Below are positions 37,301-50,089 of a stretch of DNA of 64,000 nucleotides, in pieces. How positions within the stretch are numbered: the first letter of the stretch is position 1; the number at the start of each line of letters is the position of its first letter. The stretch comes from Octopus sinensis. Lineage: Eukaryota. Where the stretch lies: contig NC_042999.1 of assembly GCF_006345805.1 (NCBI RefSeq), positions 66,402,001-66,466,000 on the forward strand, written 5' to 3'. The notes beneath the pieces were generated by a model that was not told the DNA's origin, did no database searches, and worked only from the letters and a program-made list of their open reading frames with translations. The translations under genes were made by a program, and so were the position numbers.

Positions 37301-39544
37301 ACTCAAAATACCATTTTCATTTATATTTTGTATTTCATTCCTGCCAGCAGAAGTAGCTAGATTGCATGGGTTTCAGATATTCCTACAAACAATGGGTTTC
37401 ACGGAATTCAAGAGCGATATATGGCAACGAGCTCGGGAATTTAACGGCAGATGCAGATTCAAATTCGCACTTTTCAAGTACAAATTCGAAGTAGTACGTT
37501 TCTACTACGGCTTAGTACAGAATTGTCTATTCTATCCACTCTTCCTAATGACATTTTGAGCCCTTAAAAGGAGACAACTGAACATGATGATATTATTAAA
37601 GAGATCTGTGTAGAATCAATTCTAATGGATAACAAAAGCCTCAAGCAACGATCATGTTTGTAACATCACAATTTGAATCTCTCTTTTACACTATCATACT
37701 CAAATGCTATTATCCAATTCAATTTTATGATTGATTATTCTACAAGACGAGTAAGTATGTCGGTGCTCTTTAAGCTTCCCAATAAATGGGAAAGAGTGGT
37801 GATGCCCCACCATCTTCTCTGGACTGAAAGAAGTGTAAATGTTGGCTATATTGTATTTTAATGTTGCCTGAAGCTCTCTCCGATAATTCTTATGGGTTTA
37901 TAATCTAGTGTACTGAGTGTAGATCTTTATACCACGATTTTAGTAAGAGACTTCGGGTTGACAAGAGGTTTGACCTTGGTATTTTCAGTTAGTTTACTAG
38001 GGTGAAGGCAGATACGTGTTCACATTTGCAGTATGGTGTTTTCATAGCTAGAATAGTTCTCTTTGTATTATATTGATAGAAAACATCTAAGAGCTATTGT
38101 GCTGCTATTAGGCTAGTTAATTGAAAAAAAAAGATAACATTTCCGCTGATAAAGAGATCATTTGTGAAGCAGAAGATTTTTGGTTACTTCGAATTTTGTG
38201 ATGAAGAATGAAAGAAAAATAAGGCAAAGAACAAGGCCCCAGCTGTAAAAAGGAGACAACTGAACATGATGATAATATTAAAGAGATCTGTGTAGAATCA
38301 ATTGTAATGGATAACAAAAGATTGGAATGAAAAGCATAGTGATATTTTCCTAAGAAATTATAAGATCAAACAAAATAATATATAAAAGACTTAAAGAAGG
38401 AAATTTGATAAAGAATTTCGATAAGAAAATGGGGAAAAAATATGAGGTATAATAATAGAGTATTTCATTATCAGCTGACCGGAAAGATTTGTAACGCTGA
38501 AGTTATTTTGTGAAGAGTAAGATCAAGGAAGAAAGCTAGATAATCAGCAAGAACGTTATGTGACACTGTAGAAAAGATTAATTAGGGAAACCTAAGATTT
38601 AATTTGATAATGTACAAAAAAAAAACAAGAAAAATCTTGTAATTACGCAGGACATAACGACTAATCTCACAAACCAGAAAGTCACAAGTCCCAAATGAGT
38701 TTAAGAATTTTAGCTGAAGAATGTTAACTATCTGCATATGAGTGAAACATTTAGCTAAATATTTTAAAGAAAGATTATAATCCAGTACTTAACAAATTGT
38801 ATGGCTGTACAATTAATTTGCTAAGATTGTCCAATAAGTTAAACATAAATCATTTAGTTGATTGTCATATACATTAGATACTAATTGCAGAAGAAATATG
38901 GAGCATAAGGTTATACGAATACAAGGTCTGTGTGAACATTGCAATTGAAATATATAAAAGAAAGCAACTGATTTTCGATAATGAAATTATAAGGTTAGAA
39001 AAGATATTGCAAATTAATATGGTTGCCGCATAGATCAATGAGTAATCAATTTTCACTAAGGTTGCACATCCATTGATTAGTTAAGTGTTAAAGTATTATA
39101 GCTGAATGATAATTTATCTAAATTCCTAGACCGTGAGTATATGAGCTGTTATATGTATTTCAAAGATTATGTTATTTTCTTTCGTTTAATATGTACATTG
39201 ACTTAAATGCAACCGAGTTACCTTTCGAAGTATTACTAGCAGATAATAAAACGGGCATTATGTATTTTAACGCAAAAATTAAACTGAGGGGAAATATTTT
39301 GATCCTAAATTATACACAATCAATGAAACGATTTGTGTTATGCCTGTATAGATAGCAATAGATCAACTGCCTATCGGAGTTTCCACTCTCTGATGAAAAT
39401 TCTTTATTTCGCTATTGGTCGTTGACACCAAGAAGACATGCAAAACCTCAATTCCATTGTTGGAAGTGCGTGTGCTGGGTGTGTGGGAGGGAGTGTATGT
39501 GTGTATATATGCGTCTGTGTGTATATGCATACATATAAACATGT

Positions 39545-39613
<69 letters not shown>

Positions 39614-40981
39614 ACAAAAATAGATGTTTTATTCATTGTTTCTTGTACAGGTGGCGCAGAATTGTAGCCCATTCTTATGGCTTTCTAACACGGCAATTCC
39701 ATAAGATATGCAATCTCTGGACGAATACCGCCCTGTCATCTGTGTATATATATTAAGTATGACACATACACGGCTAATGAATGTGTGTGAGGCGGGGATT
39801 CACACTCACACATGAATATATTATGAGAGAATAAGGGAAGGGGAGAGAGAATTTTCAATGTTCGACTAAGGAAAAATTTTAAACATTTTTCTTTTTTCTT
39901 GTCGGAAATAAACACTCATTTTAACCTTGATGTGACCAAGTAGACATCGTGATGAAAACGCGTGTATTTTTCCTTTTCTGTTTCTCTTTATAGCCAGATA
40001 AACAGATACATCTTATTACTTGCAGCTTTGTTTGAAAGAAAGCCTCATATAAAATCGTTTACTCGTTTCCTTTGTCAAAGAGTATAATTTGTTGGATTCA
40101 TTTATATTGTAGTATGTGCACACACGCTAGGACAAAAATAAATTGGATTGCTTAATTTGTGGAACAGTACTATCTTAGGCAGTGGGAATGAATTAACTAG
40201 AAGCAATTAATTAGTAGAAAGAAGAGTTACAAACGGAATAATGAGAATAATGACTAATTTAACATACACTTACGAACATGCCTTTTATTATAATCACATT
40301 TAGACCCACTGTAAAAGGGTTAAACTAATTGATTTTCTCTTTGTGACCAGAAAATAAATCTATCTGATGAAAACGTAATAATAGTTAAAATAATATTTTC
40401 TGTCAACAAGGATAAAAAGTTGTGCTTTAAATACTTTGCCACTTTTATTTGTTTTTACAGTGATGCTAAACTGAAGTTTATGAAAAACCTGTTTCAAAGT
40501 TTATCTTACACGGCTAGTTATCCAGATGGCGTGTTGCGTTAATCGATATGTGTGTGTGTGTGTAGAGCAAGAGATATATATATAGAGAGAGAGAGATACA
40601 CATACAAACATGAGCACACATGCGCACGCATACACACACTTACAAATAAAATGTTACATACATCTTAACTACATGTTTCACGAAAATGCCTGGAAAAAAT
40701 ATAGAGAAACGAAATTCCAACAAGATACATTTAACGTATACTTACTCATTACATAGTGAGTGTACGGAAGACTGGAATTCCTATGATTATATAAGGCCTG
40801 TTTATTACATTTTTCAACAGAGGTAGTATTTACCTCTCTTGAAGTTCCAAGTTCTATTTAGGAACTGTAACGCTCGTTACTGTTAATAATTACATTTAAG
40901 CACACGAAGTTAATGATCCTTAAGTTCATCCTGAAGCCATCTTTAAATTGTCAGGTCATCATCACAGTAAAAACCCAAATA

Positions 40982-41027
40982 GGGTACGTGGGGTACGTGG
41001 GGTACGTGGGGTAATGGGGTACGTGCT
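40982..41027 (+). promoter_or_regulatory. (GGGTACGTG)n minisatellite: five G-tracts (G-quadruplex potential) and four TACGTG motifs
   Basis: TACGTG at 40985, 40994, 41003 and 41020; G3-G4 runs at 40982, 40990, 40999, 41008 and 41016. Any regulatory function is inference only. Confidence 0.3.
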
Positions 41028-41715
41028 CACTTTGCCGGCATCTGTATGTAAACCGACGAAATATTTTCCCTCATCCCCATACCTCTTGCACACAGCCTGT
41101 CGCAGCTAAACAGAGACAAATTGGTAAATATCATCATGTAAGTATGACTGCTGAGTGTTCAAGATTATCTTAATATAAGCATCACTGACACTAACGCTCA
41201 GGAAATACAAATCTTTCATGTAAAGGTATTTCGAAATGAAAGGATAGAATCCTCGATACCTCACTGAGAAAAAACTGCAGTCTGCTACGTTATCAATAAC
41301 TCGGTAACGGTTGATTACCACTTCACTGTTTCTTTCTGGCAAATAGTAGTCAGAATATATAAATATAAACGAAGTTAATCTATTATACCCTCAGCAACTG
41401 TACCCAAAGTTAGTAGCGAACATATAACAAAGTTGTAATAAAACGCACATTCATTCCTACATTTATTTAATATGCGCGGATACATTTAAGAAATGCAGCT
41501 GTTATATGTGAATATAATACTGCGAAATCGAAATGACAAAGTAAAAAATAAACAGATTTACTAATAAAATAATATTGAAGGTATTTAAATTCCAAAGTGA
41601 AGTTGAAACAATTCTGGTAGTGAAGGAGGTAGACATGGTAGCACATAAGGAAATTACAGGAAATTACAAAATGGCGGTGGAATGAATATCTATCTACCTA
41701 TTTATACATACACAC

Positions 41716-41746
<31 letters not shown>

Positions 41747-42089
41747 TATACATATATATATATATGTATGTATGCGTATACATACATACGCATACAGAGG
41801 GTAGTAGGACATCTGCAAAAATTATTGAAAGTAGAAAAATTACTACAGTTCTCAAGGAAGAAGCTGTACTTAAAGAATAAAATTATATTTATTTTTCTTG
41901 TGAAGCTCACTTTTTCTGACGCAATTACTCAACATTCTGCATCAGGTAGTTCTGCATCTATACACAACTACATATATATATACATATAAGATATACATGC
42001 ATTCATTCATGTGTGAGTGTGTGCGCCTGTGTGCGCGCGTATATATAATTATAAATAACATATAATCGTGTGTGTATGTATATACATAT

Positions 42090-42117
42090 ATATTAATATA
42101 TATATATATGTATATCT

Positions 42118-42163
<46 letters not shown>

Positions 42164-42217
42164 TATATATATATATTTATATATATATATTTATATATAT
42201 ATATTTATATATATATA

Positions 42218-42314
<97 letters not shown>

Positions 42315-42466
42315 TCTTTGATCTTTTAGTAAAGTTTAAATAGATTTGCATATGTAGATATGCACAAAAATGAATAGTCATCAAAAAATACTTGACGGAA
42401 AAGTTATTAAAGGGTGATATACGTTACGTAAACTCACACACAAGCATACATACATACATACATATA

Positions 42467-42500
<34 letters not shown>

Positions 42501-42555
42501 CATACATACATACATACATACATACATACATACATACATACATACATACATACTT
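42090..42555. repeat. (TA)n and (TACA)n microsatellites
   Basis: Visible directly in the sequence. Confidence 0.95.
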
Positions 42556-42699
42556 ACATAAGTTCGAAGCTGTTATCCATATAAAGCTAAATACTTCATA
42601 TTTACCGAGCACTATGCTTCTCACAAAAATATTTACATTATATTTTTATATTTTCAAGGGTATTAATTGTATACATCTTGGTTGCATATTCGATCTAAA

Positions 42700-44600
42700 T
42701 ACTGGCTTCTGCTGGACTACAGGTGTGAGATAGCGCTCACTCCGTGATATGCGAATAATGGCTTATGTGTGAATTTGACAGCAGCACTGACCATAGGTTT
42801 ATTGTTAATAAAACGCAGCTGAAATGCAAAAGTAAGTGATAGATTCTAAAAATATTTATGAAAGAAAAATCAAAGCATTCTTCAATCCTGATGACACAGA
42901 GTGCAGCTGCGATTCTCTGGAAGAGATTTTGTACATCTCTCCTGCAGATATATTTCACCATCAACTTAGATAGTACCAGGGGTGACCCGCCAATATAACA
43001 AAGAGAAATAGGGCCTTTCCGGGAAAACAATTACTCATAGCTGCCAGTAATGACCCAGACTAACAGTTAAAGATACTCTGCATTCAGGCAATAGTGCTCT
43101 CCAGAACCAATAAAGCTCTGAAATATAACTGGCTTGTTCAAAGGACTCGGAAGACATAAAAATATGTTGGCACAGATAATGCATGGCAATTTTTGAAAGC
43201 ATTCTTACAATATATGAGGTCACTCGCGCAGATATTTCATCCATCCTCATTGCAAACGAGAGTATACGGATCACAGACAAATAAGCAATACGTATAATAT
43301 AAGCTTGGCACTTTCAAAAAGTTCTTTACAGACAATTCAACATAAATGTGAAATCTCTTGTGGATTTCCAATAACATGATTTTCCTGAAGTTTCCTGTCT
43401 TCTTTTGGAATCAATGAAACAATGCCACCGTCCTTTTATGAATCAGACGTGATTCCTTCCAAAATATATGCCTGTGGTAGCAGACGCACATTGAAAATTA
43501 AATTTGCTTTCTTGAAAGAAGTTACAGGAACCATCTACTAATGATTGAACGAGGCTATGGTTATTCATGTGTATAAGAATAATTGTGACAGAATGTAATG
43601 TGAGAATCATAGTGGTATTTCCTTCATGTCTATTAGTGAAAAGATCTTGACAAGAATATTCTTGGATTGCTTCAATAATCCCCTAACCCTACACAGTACA
43701 CTAGTAGAAATTCAATATAGCTCTTATGAAGGGCACTACTGATATGAGCTTTGCAGTAAGGGAAGTCCATGGGAAGTTTATTTAGAAGAATTGTCCTGTA
43801 AATAATTTTGTTGCTCTTACGAAGACTTTTCCCACTGGATTTTATGATGGATGTAATGGACGCTAGCCAAATATGATTCTCAAATCATGTTCGTGCATAT
43901 GATGTGCCAACTTTATGATGGCTTGATGGTGAGTGTTAGAAGCAAAAGAAAAATCTGTAATATTTTCTGTCCCAAATGGCCTGAGTCAAGACTGTGTCTC
44001 AACATCTACACTTTTAACTGTCATCTTTGTTAATTTGCGGGAGGTTTTGAGAAAAATTTACCTGGAATTGAGAATAGATACGCAGACGGTGAGAAATTAA
44101 ATTTGCAGATTACAAATACAAAACAAAACTGGGAATCTAAGTATCTGTAAAATAGTTTGTAGATGATTGTGGTTTGCTGGTGCCGGGAAAACCTAGTATG
44201 CAGGCATGTGTTCGTCAGTTCTCGCTCGGTTATGAGCAGTGTGTATCTCCTGGATTAAAGGTTAATGTGACGGAGCTGAAGTTGTGAATGATTTTAAATA
44301 TCATGAAATTACACTAGAATCAAATACCCGCACCGATGTTCAAGTATCATCACGTATTGAAAATTCCTGTGTGACTTTTGATAAACTGCGGCATAAAGCC
44401 TGAGGGAACTCGAGTATTGGCATAGATACCAAAAACAAAGTTTCGAATGCTGCTAACATTCGAATTCTTCTCTATTGAGCAAAAGACTGAAGACATTTAC
44501 TAATTTCATGTCAAATACCTTAGTCGATTCTACATATCAAATAAAGATTCTAAACATAAAAGTCACAGAATGGAATTTCCAATATGTAAAGTCGCAAAAA
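42700..44600 (+). mobile_element. Highly decayed RTE (BovB-like) LINE
   Basis: Collinear remnants EAMVIHVYKN..CENHSGISFMSISEKILTRI, TTDMSFAVR, FVALTKTF, NGLSQDCVSTSTLL (NGVKQGCVLAPTLF), DDCGL, and RIENSCVTFDKL...TKNKV...LLY. Confidence 0.75.
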
Positions 44601-44854
44601 AACCGTAAGCATTTTGTCTGGTATGCTAACTATTTAACCAGCTCACTGACTTTAACAACACGTGTTTCAAATTTTGGTTCTAAGCTAGTAGTTTTGTTTA
44701 GAGGTCGGGGTTACTCAATAAACATGGACCCAAGTACTAGACAGGTACTTATTTTATCGACTGCAAAACGATGAAAGGCAAAGTAATTTTAATTCAGCAC
44801 GTGATGAGTCGGAAGAAATGCCATTATCTATTTTGTTTAGTGTGCTAACGATTC

Positions 44855-45267
44855 TTATTTCTTTACTGCCCCCAAGGAGCTACACACAAATAGAACAAAC
44901 AAGGACAGACAAACGGATTAAGTCGATTATATCGACCCCAGTGCGTAACTGGTATTTAAGTTATCGACCTCGAAAGAATGAAAGGCAAAGTCGACCTCGG
45001 CGGAATTTGAACTCAGAACGTAGCGGCAGACGAAATACCAATTTCTTTACTACCCACAAGGGGTTAAACAGAGAGGACAGATAAGGACAGACAAACGGGT
45101 TAAGTCGATTATATCGACTCCAGTGCGTAACTGGGTACTTATTTAATCGACCCCGAAAGGATGAAAGGCAAAGGCGACCTCGGCGGAATTTGAACTCACA
45201 ACGTAGCGGCAGAGGAAATACCGCTAAGTATTTCGCCCGGATGCTAACGATTCTGCCATCTCACCGC
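44855..45267 (-). mobile_element. SINE family B dimer: head-bearing copy plus one 184-bp headless repeat
   Basis: Units at 45039-45267 and 44855-45038. Junction agtaaagaaattg|gtatttcgtctgcc, at the same position as in the 31-kb trimer. An older SINE relic adjoins at ~44700-44854. Confidence 0.88.
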
Positions 45268-46044
45268 ATTCAATTCTTTCAAATTTTAGCTCGAATCCAG
45301 CAGATTTGTGAAAGAGGATCGGGCGTATACATCGACCCGACTTCAGCAAGACTTTAACTCTAAACCTAAAAAGACAGAAGTGCTGGTTAGCATTTTCTCT
45401 GATTTCCTTAGGAAATGGCCCGCATTTTTTCATAAGTTAATTATATCGACTCCGGTACTGATATACTATTTTACCCACTACTATATGATGAAAGTTAAAC
45501 TTGGTGAGGGTGAGATTTGAGACTAAAACAGTAAAAGCAATTTGACCCATTGCTCTAACAATTCTGCTTGTCCATCGATCTTAATCAATGATTTGTAATC
45601 CAAGTACATGCCTTAGGCTTGTTGTCTGGCAGTATTAACGGTGGCACTAAAAGACACAAGTAGCAAGTACATTGTTGATACTTTATTTTAAGGGATACAA
45701 AGGACGTTAGGCACAGTTACCTCTGTGTAATTTAAGCCAAGAAACTAATAAGTCGGAAGGATTACTACATGGAGACTCCTATGATTCTCACAAGAATTCC
45801 ATTAGTGCCAATCCTCTGTGTTATTTCTTTGGAGGAATACAGTACCAATTAGGTACTCTGATATTGATAAGTTTATCAATTATTCATGTTTTCCTAATGT
45901 GTTTGTGTGTGTGAATATATGTGTGCATGTGCGTCAGTGTTTGTGTGTTTGTGTGTGTGTGTGTGAGTGTGTGCGTGTGTGTGTGTGTGTGTGTGTGCCA
46001 GTACACATACATGCATAAACATAAATATATAAATAAACAGAAAG

Positions 46045-46101
46045 ATAGGTAGTTAGATAGATAGATAGATAGAAAGATAGATAGATAGGTACATAGATAG
46101 G

Positions 46102-46174
<73 letters not shown>

Positions 46175-46211
46175 TACACAGACACACAGACACACAGACA
46201 CACAGGTAGAC

Positions 46212-46244
<33 letters not shown>
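46045..46244. repeat. (GATA)n array flanking the 3' end of Tx1 copy 1
   Basis: Visible directly; interrupted by CACAGA units. Confidence 0.95.
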
Positions 46245-49200
46245 TGTTTCTTTATTAGCCACACAGGGCTGCACACAGATAGAACAAATTACAAGGTAGA
46301 GCTTTTCTTTTGAAGGTTTAACAAAAAAAAAAAAAAAAAAAGGAAGGGGGAGTTTCGATCAAAACGGATCGTAAAAGGAGAGAAAGACGACAAAAAAAGG
46401 GGGGTTAAAAAAAAAAAAAAGGGGGGGGAGAGGAAAACAAAATTGATCAATAGGGATCGTTATCACAGAAATGTCAATATGAAGTGTAAAGGGGAGGACA
46501 GGTGAGGTTTACCCGTGGAACGAAAAGCCTACGGAAAAGACCACGGTAACCTCGGTCAATGAAGTCACATTTTATATTCCTTTTTTTTTTTTTTTTTTTT
46601 TTTTTGCAAATAAGCAACTCTCTGTTTTCGATTTCTGGATTCATAGGACTATGCTCAAGGTGGCTTCGTCATTCATACGTGCCATTCTTGCTACATTCAC
46701 CCATCTTTTGTAAAAACATTCGCTAGACAAAATTTGCCTCTCTACTCTCACTTTCCTTTTCAGTGGTACTTGAAGAAGTTGATGAGAGATTGACCAAGAG
46801 GAAAGTGTTTGTCTCCAATCCTTTCAGACGCGTCCACCAGATACATTCTTTCGCCATAGCCACAAGGATGATGAAAATAGCTCTTCCTTCCCGTTTGAAG
46901 GAAGGAGGCGTGACAATATTGACGATAGACTCAGCTGATAAACCGACTCGTCCCACACGTGACAGCAGTTGTTCGACATAAGCCCACAGGTCGGAAATTG
47001 TTGGACACTGAACGAGTGCGTGCAGAACGGTTTCGTCGCTCTGACCGCATCTCGGGCAGGTCGGCCCCGTGTTTCTCGAGCCGTGTCTGTAGAGCTTATC
47101 CCGAACGGGTAGCGCTTCTCGGTAGCACTGCCAGGCCAGGGATCTCTGGAAGTTGTCCATGGGCCCTGGCCCGAAAGTCGTCCCGAACAGGCGGGTCAGG
47201 TACTCCTCGCGTCGACGTCCAGGTTCGCCCCGAGCTCGTCGTCGTACCTCCCCTCCACTAAACCCCTATAGAATGCTTTGGTTGTGTTGAAGTCACTTAA
47301 GGTCGACCCAGGACGGCAGAGTTGCTTGAGAGCAACGCGACACTCGCGGTGCCATTCGCCCTTCCTCGGCCTCTTTTTGATCCACGACTGCAGTTCGGTC
47401 ATGGAGACGAGCTGCGGGAAAGCGTGCCTCACAAACGGCGACCACACCTGTTCACCGTCGTCTACATAGAGCCAGAGATGTCGCAGTCTCAGCGCGTGTC
47501 TGCGCATCATCAACCACGGCATGCCCAGCCCTCCTTTTAACGGGTGTTGACAGCAAATGGATCGCCTGACCATCGGGACGCATCCTTTCCACAAGAAGCG
47601 AAAGAGGATGCGTTGTAGTTTGGATGGTAGGGTCGGGACAAGGTACGACGGTCAGGCGGTAGTAGATGACGGACGCGATGTACGTGTTCGCCACCTCCGC
47701 TCGACCTTTTAGGGACAGTTTCCTCTCGGCCCATTGCCGGGCGAGAGTGACCACCCTACTCGTTATCTCGTTCCAGTTCTTCTCCACTTGGAGGTCCGGA
47801 CCAAACCAGACCCCGAGCAACTCAACCGGGCCGTCGGTCCAGCGTCCCACGACGGAGGCGCTGGTGGACGGCATGGGCTTGCTTCTCCAGGTGCCTAGTC
47901 GCAAGCCCACTGACTTTTCCCGGTTGATTTTCGCTCCTGTCACCGCTTCGTAGTTTTTCAGTGTCTCGCCGACCAGCTCGATGTGCTCGTGGCTAGACAC
48001 TATGACGGTGACGTCGTCCGCGTATGCAGACACGCTCGTCCCGCATCCCAATTCTCGCGGGATGCCCCTTAGAGTCGCCAGCTTCCGCAGTAGTGGCTCA
48101 AGAGTCAATACGTATAGAAGCGCCGAGAGGGGGCATCCCTGACGGACCGAACGTGCAATGTCGAAAGGTCTCGATAGATGTCCATTTACGCGAATTACCG
48201 AACGGATGCCTCTGTACAAGGCAGCTATCCAGCCGCGGAAGACGGGACCGAAACCAGCCGCTCTCAGGACTGCCTCCAAGTATCGATGGTCTACCCTATC
48301 AAAGGCTTTTGATTGATCCAAGTTGATCAGGGCCCCACCCATGCCAGGTTCGTTAACTACCCTGTCTATGATGTAGCGCATCAGATGGAGGTTGTCATGG
48401 ATGGTCCGGCCTGGCACGGCGCATGTTTGCGCCTTGTCGACCAGTTTCTCGATGACAAGCGCCAACCGCTTGGCTAGCACCTTGGCCAAAATTTTCAAGT
48501 CTGCATTAAGCAGAGTGATGGGCCTAAAGTTATCTATTACATTTTCCTTGTTTAGATCTTTCTTCAGCAGTGTTACGGCTCCTCGGCTCACAAAACCAGG
48601 AATGCTCCCGTTTTGCTGCCAGTTGCAGTACACCGCCGCCAAGAGATCTCCAAACAAGTCTGGCATACAATTGTAAAGCTCGTAGGGTAGACCATCCAAA
48701 CCCGGTGATTTGTCCCTCGAGCATTCTGCCATCGCTTCCCGCACTTCCGCCGCCGTGATGGCACCTTCGCAGCACCCTGCCTTTCTTGTCGAGAGTCGTG
48801 GTAGGCTATGTAGGTAGGCACTGAAGTCCACCCTACGTTCTTGCCCTCCACTCGTTCCGAACAGTCGGGCAAAATGCTGCTGAAAGGCCTCACACATTTT
48901 ACTTGGCTCGAGCAATTCGCGCCCCTGTTCATCTACCAGTGACCGAATGGTGGCTTTGTTGCCCTGTTGCGCCTCTGCCACCCGGGCCTCTCTCGCGGCT
49001 CCAACACCTTCGTTCCTTAGAGCACGCATCCTAGCTCTGACAGCACATCCTTCGTGTTTGGCGTTGAAGTGTTGGTCGAGGGCCAACCTCGCCGCCAAAA
49101 CGTCGGATGCGATGCCGCTTCTAATTGCCTCTTCTAGCTTCTTAACTAGCTCACCCTCTACTCTATTTCTATCTATGGCTAGTGCTTTGCTGTACCTAAT

Positions 49201-49902
49201 CGCTTCTGCTTTTACTGCTCTCTTGAGGGCAAACCACCATTTGTTGTTGATGATGGCTCCCGTCAAAGCCCTCTTTACTAGTGTGCTAATCCGGTCTCTG
49301 AAAACTTGTCTCGATGGGAAAGACGCGTTTAGTTTCCAGTATCCGGGACCCTGCCTAAGTGTCTTACCTAAGTCTAGCGTACATGTCACGTTTTGTGATC
49401 CGTGTAGCTGACTATGTGGAATTGTGGACATCCTATGCTATCTCTATCTACTGTCCTACACAGTATCCTATCTAGATACGATTCTCGACGACCCGATGCG
49501 GTTGCTCCATGTCCACGTTGGCGCATTCGGGTGGTCTAGTCGGAACCTGTCAGACAGTTGAAAGCGTCTGAGCAGGTCTCTGAGGCATTTGCATCCCCGT
49601 CTATTCCTATCTCTACCCACGTAGTCTACATGCGTGTCCAAGGTAGCATTCCAATCCCCCACTAAGAGTAAAGGACGAGACGTTCCCAAGAAAACTTCTA
49701 GACGTTGAAAGAAATCCGCCCGACCTGTTAAGGGCGGTGCGTAAACTGATACGAGTCGAAAAGCGCACCCATTGCTGCCGTCGACATCCAGGACGACCAG
49801 TCTGCCCTCCGGGTCTACGAATATTGTCCTTACATTGAGATCCAGACTCTTGTGAAAAAGTACCGCGGTGCCACTACCGCCCATTCTCGGCAGACAGGGG
49901 GA
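46245..49902 (-). mobile_element. Tx1/L1-clade LINE copy 1, 5'-truncated within the APE endonuclease
   Basis: EN motifs ([33 protein letters not shown]), a 659-aa ORF with RT (SPGLDGL, FRPITLLNADLKIL, LDQSKAFDRVDH, VRQGCPLS, YADDV), and C-terminal CPRCGQSDETVLHALVQC. ORF2 stop at 46641, ~395-bp 3'UTR, AATAAA just before the (TATC)n junction. Confidence 0.95.

Positions 49903-50089
<187 letters not shown>

Noticed and set aside
37700-38050. Possible Penelope RT remnants on the minus strand (WYKD, FPFIG)
   Set aside because: Matches too short and could be chance.
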